This document shows positions 1-12,800 of a stretch of 64,000 bases of DNA, one piece after another. Position 1 is the first letter of the stretch; each line of letters starts with the position of its first letter. Both the position numbers and the translations under genes were made by a program. Origin of the DNA: Lingula anatina (Eukaryota; Animalia; Brachiopoda); assembly GCA_051362555.1 (NCBI GenBank), contig CM120641.1:16368001-16432000 (forward strand), in the 5' to 3' direction. The notes beneath the pieces were generated by a model, which saw nothing but the letters and a program-made list of their open reading frames with translations, ran no database searches and was not told the DNA's origin.

Positions 1-3000
1 CAACTTACTGTTACTTACTATCAAATTTTCCGTATTTTTTATTTTTAACACTTCAATACAAGCATTTAACACTCATTTCAAGATTAATAACTGAATGTGG
101 TGGAGTTAAAAAGAGTATATGCATGGTCATTTCTAGCTGTAATATATATTTTTTTCAAATTACATCCAGATCATACTGTATGCATACTTGTCAAGAATGT
201 TAAAACAGGCCATTAAACACACATTAAGGGAGAATTTGGATAGCAAACTGATTCTACAGGTGTATTAAGTAACTGTGAGATTTTTTTCCACTTTATAGTT
301 TGTTAAAAACACTTTAATATATTATTTCTAGTTATCAATAACTATATATGGTGTCAGCAAGAGTATATGGTCATTTCCAAGCAAATTGTTTTTTTTTTCA
401 TCCAGAACATATTCTATGCAGATTTGGTTGAAGACTAAAGTTAATCCACAGTGTGTGTGTTTTAAATTTGGAAGCTTGTGCATACAGACACAAAAATTCA
501 ATGAGACTTTAAGCAATTTGAAACCTTCCCTTAAAAACTTTATTTTTTCTTTTGTTAAAGCAAATAAAATATTCTATGAATCTAGAGGGGATCCTTTTAT
601 GTTCTTAAATACAAAGTACAATATTACATCAAATTTAACTTGGTTTGACATTTGAGAGAGAGCATGATCAATGTGACACATCAATAACTGTTATTCAATC
701 TTCAGAATGTCTTCTTTTGAAGTTTTTCTGCCCAACTTGAATTGACTTTGCTCCTGTAAACATCACAGTGAATAAATTTCACACACTATGGCATGGTGAA
801 AAAGCTTTAAGATTATAAAGGGATGATATCATCAAGAAGAATTTCTATTCATCTTGACATGCTACAACTCACAAAGTAATTATTTCAAGTGTAAAGGCTC
901 TTCATTTAACAAAGCAATGCAGTAAATATTACATGTGCATGTAGTTTTTAGTATTGATTTCCATCATTAATATCATATTAGATAATTTATGGAGTTTCAC
1001 TTGACAAAAACTGTTAAGTTGGCAAATCTGTACATTTAAAAATAAACTTACTAATAGTGACAGGCAGAAGTAAGACATAAAACTACAGCTTAAAGCAATG
1101 CTTAAAATGAGCTTTCAGGATCTGATATATGTACTTGTTAATTTCTTAGCCTAGTGATTATAATGACCCAGATTCTGCATTGTAACAACCTAGAAATGTC
1201 ATACCTGCAGAGCAATACATGTATATATTGGTATCTACATTTACAAGTGAGCTTTGTTTAAGCATACGCTATCCAAATGAAATGGTATCACTCATGTTTT
1301 CAACATCACTTAAACAGTAGATCCAAAGTTTTATTAATGCTACGTATACCCCAATAATTGTAATATATATTCTTCTGCAAAATAAAGAATCTCCGTATAA
1401 TATTCTTATTTACCTTCCTGTTCCTGTGAAGTTCATGTGTTGTGACAAAATCCTCTTCTGCCCCATCTGTAGGATAAATGCCATTAAATCGATCCATCTC
1501 CCAGATGGCCCTGGTATCAGTGGTGACACTGAGATTCCACTACTGCTAAGTGAGACTTCACACACAACCAGTATCTTTTAAGATAGCAACAACAAAGGTG
1601 AATTGCTCCACTCAAATTCTGCCAATCTACACCCACATGTAAGGTCTATTTATAACGTCTACATCTATAACATCCCTAGGGACAATCAAGTGACCTCCTT
1701 GCGATTTAATGTCAATACCACACTCTGCTTGACATTGACTGTGACAGCAGACATAGGACTGGTACCTGTTGCAAATACAAGCATTATCTGATGATCCATT
1801 TGAAATTCATTTTCCTCTAGTAAATCCATTTAACGCTCTGGGTGAACCAGTTTTTGGACCCGAATGAATGCATTTGACTTTTATTGGAGAAATTCTTAGG
1901 TAAATGTAACTACCAGGTAGGTTGACTAGGGCTTGACTTTTAAAGATATGTTGTTTTGTGTACTACAGCACAAGCGAGTTTCTTTCAATAAAACTACTGA
2001 AGCATATTATATGACAGAAATGTTGTTGTACAATTCCCTGTCGGAGTTACCTTGTGTAGCTTTTGGTTGACAATAACCTCTGTATATTTGCATAAGGAGA
2101 CATGCCAGTATAATTCTCCCTTTAACCTCTTCACCTGTCCCTGTTCTAGTTGATACGTGACACACCACCAGCACTTAAATTTTATTTTGCAAAAATGACA
2201 AGATGATGTCTAAATTGCATGAATTTTGAGAAACTGGTTCTACTCAACCAGCTATACCTGTGAGGGACAGACATCAATCGTCGTTAACATAGAGGGTTTT
2301 TACTTTCTGCTCACAACTTATATGTGGGCCCTCTACAAACAAATATGAATAATTCTGTTTTTTAGTGGACAGATGCCAGGAATACATGTCATTGCACCAA
2401 GAAGTAGATATGCCAAAATACAAGCACACTGTATATATTAAGTGTCTGCCTTAATTGAACCAAAAGTGTATTCATTAAATACATTTTCAATAAAACAAAA
2501 TTAATTTTAGATACTAACTTTCAGGCTAAGATTCATTCTGAAAGATAAGTGTCAGGCAGAGCATATTTAAGACTTTTGACAAAAGGAAAAAAAAAAAAAC
2601 AGCAGTTGGACCAACAGCTTGCTTCAATGTCATCATCTATTTATATCATTGACTGAAAGAGTCTACAAAGCCTACTAATATTGCATAAAATAATAAGAAC
2701 AATGGTTATATATACATGTAAGTATAATTTATTGTTTCAGTTTTCTGCTCTGCAGGAAATTTTTGCATACTTCAACATTATTAATCAGATTATACACTGA
2801 GATAATCTCAATATTCTAGGGTCTTTATATAGTCTCCTTGCCAAGATAAAAATGCAAACCAATGTGATACTAAAAGCACCATTTAATGTCATATTCTAAA
2901 CAAGTATATTTAAATAACATTTCAGGTATTAACAATTTCATCAGTAACTCATTGGCTGTAATTGAACACGCACTTTCATCCATCTTAAATTTCATCATTT

Positions 3001-3867
3001 TGAGGCATGGACTGATTAAAGAAAGAGATATATAGGTGTTTGTATAGAAACCCACTGTCTGTTACTTTCTCTATTATCTGTCCAACAAATATCCAGCAGA
3101 GTGAGCAAGTACAGTTTAATACTCATGCATATCTTCTACAATCACATCAACTATATAAAATCCACCAACCTTCTATAACATAAAGATTTTTATCTTGAAA
3201 CACTATTTGATCAGTGTGTTGCCACAGTTTGAGGCACCAGACTGTGAAGCTCATCTTAGTCATCATAGACTTTATTTTTTTTATTATTTTTTTTAACAGC
3301 AGAGTCCTGGGAAGATGTTTTGTTACATTAAATTAAAAATGCTTTTGTTATTCCATAGAAAAAAAAATTGCACACAAAAGGTTTTGTATCAAACTGTTAC
3401 AAAGCTCTACCTAACATTTCACAGATGCTGCTTTTCTTTGATTTTAATTGACTCAGAGGTTTTTCCATAATGGAAAGATTCAGGAACTGAAAAAGAACTC
3501 TTTGGAAAATTGACACATAGAAAAACCTTTTGGCCAAATCATGACAATAATTTTGCATATATGCTTTTACATGCAATTAAAATGTAGGCCAAATAATCCA
3601 ATTGCCAGTTTCAACATAATTTGTAAGAACAATTTAACATAGTTTGGCACTTGACAATCTTATTTCAAAAATCTGCATTGATTGAAGAGGGCCATACACA
3701 TTTCCAAGAATTTTTAAGGACAGTAACTAGAACAATTTTGTAGGAAACCCCATCTCTATTCCAGTTCTAATACACACAAATTTTATTTGTCTATATCCTC
3801 TCTTGAAGAAGCACACAAGCATTAAATTCTCCATCTCAAGGAAAATAAACTTCAAATTATGGTAAAA

Positions 3868-6800
3868 TCATGTCCTACTCTGCAAATGCATTTTACTCGC
3901 CAGATCTGCAAACACTTTTCCTACTTTGTCCTTTGAAATAGCTTTTCTCTTTACATAGTCCAATGTTCTTACCTGGAATCATGAAACAAAAAAATTAAAG
4001 CATTGGTAAAACTGAAATAAATAAAAAAATAAATAAATAAATAAATAAATAAATAAAGATAGGCAATTAAGACTTTAATGCAGGAATTAACTGAATTTAA
4101 AAAAAAAGACATCTCATGGTGACATATATCAAAATCTCAAATGTACCAAAAAATTAAATAGCATATATGAAGTAATATTAGTAGATTAAAATTAAACTTA
4201 TTTTTCATATCCAAATACTAAGCATGCACAGCTAAAAATCCACTCTATTACAACAGTTCTCACCATTTGCTTGGTGTCTCCCTGTCCATGTTTCTGTGCC
4301 AGACCCCAGAGGTTAAGAGCCAGAGTGAACATCTGATGTTTACTGAGATCACCATGGGCAACCATCACATTAAATACCTCAATGGCTGCTTCTGCCTGCT
4401 TTTTGAAATTCTGGAAAAAAAAGTGAAATTCATAAGCAATTGTATTTAAGGAAGAGAGAAATTCTAATTTCACAGAAAGAAAGATAAAATATCAAATTCT
4501 AGCACAGCACCCTTCCTTGTCAGAAATTCATCAAAATTATGATATTAAAAACAAATAAATGAGCAGTTTCTTATAATATCCCTGCAAAATAAAAAAAGGA
4601 AAAATTTCAAGACAATAAAAACAAAGAGGTATCCATTGTTAACTGACCTGTCCTTCCCCAAGCACCTTAAGATGACTGAAGACTTCCTCCAGAACTGTTG
4701 CAGATATCTTGGTCACTTCACCCAGAAACTTGGGATCACTGCCATACATGGAGTCATTGGCATCAACTGCAGGGAAAAAAGTGGGAGTTTTCAACAAATG
4801 GAACGTCTGTGCCTAGCAACTCTTGGATATTTGAATTTCGAAACAATTCCCATTTTTATCTGAGCAAAATTGGGGTAATGTCACAACAGTTCTTTTGCAA
4901 AATTACTTTTGAAAAATCAATGTTTATATAAGATGTCAAGAGATGTCATGTTATGTGAATTGGCCCAACTGACAAGCCTCATGAAAATTCCAGACTGATA
5001 TGTTAATGACTGGGACATTTTTATACAATTTTGTCTGACAGCCTTAGTGTCAGAATGATACAAACAGAAGAGAGTCTAGACGTGTTTGATGTCCGATACA
5101 ACTATGAAACCAACCTCTGTCTATGTGGTAGACATAATCTTCCTGGCTGACAGCACACAGCAGACTGAGGACATTGACATAGACCACAGCCTTAGCACTA
5201 CTGTTCACGTCCCAAGGGAAGTCTGACAGTACATTCAGTAAGCCTCGCAACAGATACAGGACACCTTGGTCTGGGTTGTCCTAAAATGGTGATAAAAATT
5301 AGTGATAGATTGTTCAATGTGACATATGAATGTACTAAAAAATATCGAATAAAATAAAATGTCTTATGATTTTGAAATCAGAATACAAAATCATTACGAC
5401 AAGATACAATTTTTCACCTACTTTATCAAGATTTGCTATGGATGATTTTAGAAAATTCAAGTAGGCCATTAATTGCAAATCTCTGGGATATCTGATTCAT
5501 CTCTTCCGTTTATTTCTGAACTATTTATTCTCAAATGATCACTTCACTTACTGGAACTGCTAGTAAAGTGGACAGCAGGCTACAGATATATGATGTCATC
5601 AGAGGCTCTGTGGATCTGACTTTCCCATCTACATCCAATGTCTTAGGTACCTCAGCTATCAAGGAGATAGCAGCCTTAAGAAATGCATCCCCTAATGAGG
5701 AAAAATTTAATGTTAGAAAATTGGTCAAATGTAGTAAAACAAACCATTATGGCAAAATGGAACAAAACTAGAGGATCAGAGAGGTGATACCGCCTCCGGA
5801 TATTGTACCACCAGCTGGAGTAAGCGCATTCGGATGGGTAGTGATTTTCTAGACAATAGGCCTATTGGTTTTCCTTGAAATGTGTTATCAGTGTTGCATA
5901 TATGCTGACAAAATAGGAAACCTATGGGCAACACTGGGCATATCTCTGCTAGTTTTGAAGATATGAGGGGCAAGAAAATATTCAAAGTTCAGTTCATGGT
6001 GAACAGTAGGTCAAAGGTCAATTTCAAGGTCACAGTTTATGACTGCCTATTCAAGTTCAAAAGTAACTATGGGCATTTCTTTGCCAAGTTTGGAGATATA
6101 TAGGCCAGAAAACATGCAAAGTACAGTTCATCATAAAAAGTAGGTCAAAGGCCAATTTCAGGATCACAGTTAGATAGCCAGTATATGACTTCCTATTGAA
6201 GTTCAATAGTAACTATCTTTGCCAGTTTAAGAGATATAAGGGCTGGAAATTTTAGTTCATGGTGAAAAGTAGGTCAGAGGCCAATTTCAAGGTCACAGTT
6301 AAATTACAAGTATATGTCTTCCCATTCAAGTTCAATAGTAACTATGGGCGTATCTCTGCTAAATTTGTAGTATTTCACATTTTATTTTCACCACTAAATA
6401 TTGGATGTTGAACTTTTATATATAGTGCAATGCCTAAGCTGTATCGAAAACAAAACACAGACACCACCTCCAGTGTTGCGCTTGACAAGCTCTACAAAAT
6501 GCAAAAAACAAGAGGTCTCTATCATTAACAGTTCCAGAATTGGAGACAGTTTTCAGTGTCGGCATCTAATGGCCGCTACTCCCGTGAAAATGCACCAATT
6601 GACCCCAAACTCACGAAGATGAAAGAAGACCCTCAGGGTAACACCTGTCCATAATATTATAAGTTAGATCTGTAAAATTTCTGAAAATCGGCATAAAATA
6701 TTAAATTTTTTGCAAAAAATTCCCATTTTTAGAAAATTTTGGCCCGTTTGACCTGATATAAAGGTCAAAGGTCAAATCCAAGGCCATATTTGAAATCTCC

Positions 6801-9800
6801 ACATATGACTTTCGGTCAGCCATCTGTAGAAATTTTTCCCATAATTCCTTCGGTATGGGAGATATTTAGCATTGAATTTCCAAAAATTTTGACAAGGGTG
6901 CCTTTCGACGAGTGTCATGCCAAGGGCAATGCACCGACTGAGACAAAAATACCCAGGGGTTCAAGTTGAGATTATACGTGACTTAAATCCAAGAGATGGG
7001 CACACAGGCCCATGCAGTCTAGGAGGAGAAGCGGTAATGGTGACTTGTATCCCACGACACCCTGCGGAGCCAACGGAGCTTACGGAGCCGGCGGAGCCGT
7101 ACGAGACGGGTCGTGACTAAAACCATGAGTACCGCCAGCGTAGACGCTGGTGGTACTAATAAATGAGATGAATATTTTGCATACATGATAATATATTTCT
7201 GAATCAAGATGAACCAACCCCACATAACAAGGAATTGTCTTAATCTGCAACTCTTGTGGAATAAACCCCATTTCACTTTTTAAAAAATTCAACTTTACAT
7301 CCCAATTTCTTCTATGACAGGCAAATTCCAAATTCTCACCCTGACTAAGACACTGGTTCAGCAAGGCCACCTGTCCTGACACCAGGTAGAGCTTCAGTCT
7401 GGCCAGGACACTTTGTAACGACGGAATGGTGATGAAACAGTAGGCAGCACATGCCTGGAAAATCACAAGCAGATTTTTGTTCAACTGGGGTGATAGAAAA
7501 ATTCCCCAAAAATAAAAATAAGCAAAATAAATGGCTTACTATATTTTCCCTTACATATTCAGCCCAAATTAGGATTTGTTGATACAATCATACATACTAT
7601 ATGTACTTTAAAACCAACAATGGTTTAAGTTGAAAATACTCTGAAAGGCAGAATTGTTGAAATATTCATATTTAAACATAAGTAAAATGTGTAACTACAT
7701 ATTTCTGAAGACATAAATGAGCAAGACTTACTCTAACAAAGCTTGCAGTCTTCCTTGAATGTTTTCCTTTTACCACATCTCTGGTTTCCACTGCTAATGT
7801 ATTTACACACTGAAATAACAAAAAACATTCAAAATTCAATGAAAAACAGCTGAATAATGGAAATTGGAAAAGCATATATATGTGTTATTATCATGCCTTT
7901 ATCAGAGAATGAATCACAATTCAAGTGTGTGTGGCCATGCAGTTGACTATAATATCAACTCACCTCCACCAGTTCAACCAACACTGCATCCAGATTGCTG
8001 AAGTTAGCCCTGGCCTCCACATAGAAACTCAACTGTTGCTCAAAATCACGACCAAAGGATATCTTCCTTACAAACCCACATATCAACCCACCTATGGCTC
8101 TTACTTCATCATCCAGGGTCAGGGCACTGCAAAAGTAAAGTGCAAATTAAGCAGTATGTTTTTAAACTAATCTTTACTTGGTTTAATATGTTTAGTGTAG
8201 GAGAAAATCTCTTCCCCTCCCTCCCTCTCTCTCTCTCTCTGCCATTAACACGAACAACCTTAACTTGTGTAAAGACAACAAAAGCCTCACAATTAACTCA
8301 CTTGACAGAATCATGCATAGTTTTGCAGATGAACATCAGGGCATTGATAATGACAGGATCACTTGTTGCCTCTGCCTGGTATCTTAGAAAGGGGAAAACT
8401 AATAATTAATACACCAAACAGAGAAAAAAATCAATAAATACATGTACTATTTGTTGCAAGTTAAGATTTAAGACAGGTTGATTCTTTTATTCCCTTTTAC
8501 CAAAATGTAAATAATTTTTTATCTTTAATTAAACTGTTTCTTTTGAAAAACTCCAGAACATCTGTCTATTATTTTTGTCAGCTTACTTTACAAAAGCCTC
8601 CATGATGCTTTTACAGACTTCCACCTTCACTATCTCTTTTTGAAATAAGTCGATAAATGGAAGAAATTTGTCCTAAAAATCAATCAAAAAACTTTATCCT
8701 AAAGGATCAAACATTTTTACTTTTATTCATTACTACAATCACTGTAAAACAGAAAAGTATATATTTTCACATTAATGTTTGCTTTAAAATAAATCACAAT
8801 TGGTATAGCTTTTCTGAAATGATATGGTGGCCTTGAAAAAGGCCTTTTCAGTTAAAAATCAGACACATTACTCCGACTGTGGAAAACATATGCCATACTG
8901 AGATCTCTGTAGTGCCTCAGCTTCCTCAGACATTCTAAGTGCATACTCTTGAATCATCTGCTTTACACCAAAGAGAGTGGTGATCTTGAGACGAAGGCTG
9001 TAGCGAGATGCATGTCTACCGGTCATTGTAGCTCTGTAGTAACGTTGCTGGAGACCATAGATGTGGTGGTCTAGCAGCTGAATTTGGTGCAGAGCTTTGG
9101 AGAACTTGGCATGCATAATGGTCAGTTGATCTTCAATGTAGTCAGGATCTGGCATCTGATCAATATCATCAGAGAAAACCTCGGAATCAGACAGATCTGA
9201 TTCAAAGCTGTCACTGTCAATCTGAAGAAAACTTGTCTCAGTTTCCATTTTGGCAAATTGGAGAGAATGTAGAGAACTGCTATCTTAAGAGAAAGCTGAA
9301 TCTCGAGTGATGAGTAGTCTCAAAGTCACAGCTCTTATATCCATACTTGCTGGACTGGAGGAATCTTTAATGTATTATTTTAGGGGAAAGAAAATGGCTT
9401 CATCAGCTTGAGGCTTCCACAGGAAGAGTTGTAACTAAAAAGAAACTGCTGAGGCAATTAACAAAACAACTAACTACCAGTCAATTAAGACTGATACGCC
9501 TGCCAGTGTTCTCTTAATCACCTGCAAATTGATCAAAGGCTGACTACCTGTCCAATTACCTTGGCCAGAGTGTGGCTGTGAATCACAGGTATATGGCCTC
9601 AAGTATATATCCAACAATGAAAATAATTTTATTTTAATCCTATCAATAAGCAAGTAAAGAAATAAATCAAGATTCATACATTTATCTGACACTAAATCCA
9701 TACATTATACTAAAAAATTCAAGTTAGAAAAATGGAGGTTGTCCCTTCCCTTGAAGAATATTAGTAAACAAAAGGCCCCCTCATTTGGATCTTATATTAA

Positions 9801-12800
9801 AATCTTATTTTATAAATCTAATCAATTCTAATGTTACGAGCTTGACTCACAGTGTATCAATATATAAATTTCAATTTCTAGCTCGTATTTCAACAGACAG
9901 CACTTCAGGCCTTTATCTAAACATATTTTGTTTTATATTAAAAAAAGATTTTAAATCATTAACATAAAACTTTTATAAAAATGTTTGCTCTTTCTTTAAA
10001 AAAACACATTTGTCCATGTAAATCATAAAGCTACTGTTCAAAGGTGCTAGTATCAAAATTAAACAATTTACTTAGTTAAATATTTCAGTCAAGCTCACTG
10101 CAGTTATCAAATTGATCTATTTACAGGTAATGTCTATATATTAACTCTGTTCAGATGATTGGGTGTAAGCCCAGTTAAGATCTGTTAACCTGTTAAACCT
10201 GTTAACCTATAACCTCTTTAACCTTTTGATCATCTGTGGATACTGATTAAAATTTCTTTGAAGTGTTTTACTGGTATGCTACATTCACTGTTCTGCTTTT
10301 GGAGGAAACCTGGTATGAAGCCATAAAATATGTACCACTATAATACATAGAGAAATACTGTGCCTATAAAAGCTACAAAATCTGACTAAATTTTCATCAC
10401 TTGAGTTCAGTTCTCTCTTAGACAACAGTTCTCCATATTCTCTCCTGTTTGCCAAGATGGAAAACCAGGTTATTCTTCAGCAGAATGACAATGACCAGTG
10501 GCTGATGGAGAGTTTTGAATCAGACGACACATCTGTATTTGAAGGCTTCTCTGATGACAGCTGGATTGAAGAAAAACATGAAGAGCTAGATCCTGACTAC
10601 GTTGAAGATCAACTGACTACGATGCATGCTAAATTTACAAAGGCTTTGCATCAAATGGAACTCCTGGACAACCACATCAGGGGTCTGCAGCAACGTTACT
10701 ACAGAGCTACAACAACCAGTAGACATGCATCTCATTACAGCCTTCGTCTTAAAATCACCACTCTCTTTGGTGTGAAACAGATGATCTATGAGTATGCACT
10801 TCAAATGTCTGAAGAAGCTGAGGCACTCCAAAGATCTCAGTATGGCATTTGTTTTCCGGAGACACAATAATCTGTTTGACTTCAACCTCAAAAGGCCTTT
10901 TTCAAGGCCACCACATGATACAAGAAAAGCTATACCAAAATGATCAACATTGTCTTTCAATAAAGCTTGCTATAATGAATTTATTTCAGAGAAAAAGAAT
11001 TATTATTGATATTTAAAGTTTACAACTTGAGTATTCTAGCAAAGATAAGTAAACAAACAAACAAATATACAAATAAATAAATCAATAAATAAAATGTTAA
11101 AAGAAACAAGTGAAGGAAGAAATGAATGAATAAACAGATAAAAGAAGGGACAAATAAACAGAAATTTCCTAACCAGTGAGAAGAGTAATGTGAAGTCATG
11201 TATGTGGCTGAGGACTTTGGTAACTATGGACTGCAGCTGGGGGTAGTAATCCTCAAATGCTCGGTCAGGGGTCATGTGCTTGATGACATCATTCAGGATG
11301 GTGTTGACTTCCCTTTTCTAAAAACAAAAGAAGTACAACAACAACTTCATAAAATATCAGAACTAATAGAGGTAGAGATCCCCTTTGTGATAAAATATAC
11401 TGTATCAAAGTTGGGACAAATAAATAACAATCTCAAAGAGATTTTTATACAATTTCAACTAGCAAATTCTATCACTGACTACATTAACTCGACTTCCCCT
11501 TGACTTACTGAGAAATGTTTGGCAACATATTCTATCCACACTTCTGCACAGGTGATGTAATCCTGTAATAAAAAGGATTGGTGATAATGCATGTTTGACC
11601 AATTTGAAATTGAATGTGATGACTTAAACAGACAAGACTCAATGATGCTCTAATAAAAAACATCCATAAAGAAACAATGCAGAAGAAGACTAAGTAGCAA
11701 CTTTATATAAGATGTTATTGTACATTTCTTTAAAAAAAGCTCAGTTATGGAAACTTGCTAAATAAAAGGTTTGTATTTTTCTTGAATTAAAAAAGGACTG
11801 CATCAGATTTATTTGGTACAAAAAACAAACATATCAGTTCTGCTTTTCTTGTAATTCAACTTACCAACGGATTTTTAAGTTTCATAACAACTTTCCACAC
11901 TTCATTCAACACAGCAAGTCTTTGGTCTTCAGGGGGGCTTGCTAGCACTAAACATCCACCCAGACTACAGTATAACATGTGCTGAAACAGAAAACCGTGA
12001 CAATAAAAGTCAGTCTGTGTAGCACGGAAGTTTATACATAACATATAAGATCAACCACTGTAGGGTACTTAGTACAATTCCTTTCTTTTCAGTCCAGTTT
12101 TAAATCTAAAACAGATTTTTATCCCAAATCTTTAATGTTGGTCTGGATCAAAACTCAAGAATTAGACTGATTACACAGCCTTAACACATTTGATTTGGAC
12201 CATTTCTTCTTCCCACCAACGATCTTCTACCTTAGGGAATCCAGTCTCCTCACACTCTCTGATCTGCTCTGTAAACTGCACGGCTCTGAAGGCTATGTAC
12301 TCAGGTTTGAAGGCAGACATGATGGAATTCAACAGCAAAGCACTGAAAATAATATAGTACACAACCTTTAAATAATATGATGTGTGGTTCTACAGGCATA
12401 TGAGTGCACTGACAATTGACCAACATTAAAAAATATATATTTTTTACGCTAACATTATTTTGTGAAGAATCAAACAGTCTTTATATAACTAGCATCTGTT
12501 TCATTTTGACTGTGTAATTTCAAATACTCAGTAGGAGAATAATGAACAAGTTAACTGAATGATACATGCATGCATTATATTTTAAAAACAAAATCAACCT
12601 GTTAAACAGTTTCTTGCACTTTTCCAGTATAGTCTGCAGTGTGTTCTCTGAGGCCCTGTGAGCAATGCACTGCAGGATCCAGTCCAAGGCAGGACAATAC
12701 AGGGTCAGGTACCGTGGCATCTCTACCTTCTGCATGGCCAAGGTGTTCTGGACATGGTCACTTTGGAGCTGAAAAAGATAAATATTATACACTGATTTTA

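Noticed and set aside
1500-2200. Decayed LINE endonuclease remnant
   Set aside because: Only faint motif resemblance across stops; cannot be supported without a search
5922-6360. CRISPR-like array
   Set aside because: Units are diverged ~130-bp tandem repeats without unique spacers, in a eukaryotic intron with no cas genes
6917-7120. 67-aa ORF with PAEP repeats
   Set aside because: Derived from the short repeats of the Helentron-like element
8868-10870. Calling the stem-loop genes histones, histone variants or protamine-like proteins
   Set aside because: The proteins are net acidic, with no histone-fold signature and no Lys/Arg-rich tail
8829-10909. The inverted pair as terminal inverted repeats of one transposon, or the hairpins as Rho-independent terminators
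   Set aside because: Similarity is confined to gene-like parts (promoter motifs, CDS with synonymous changes, 3' cassette). I found no TSD or transposase, the DNA is eukaryotic, and the hairpins lack a U-tract.
10586-10960. 124-aa minus-strand ORF
   Set aside because: Antisense shadow of paralog B
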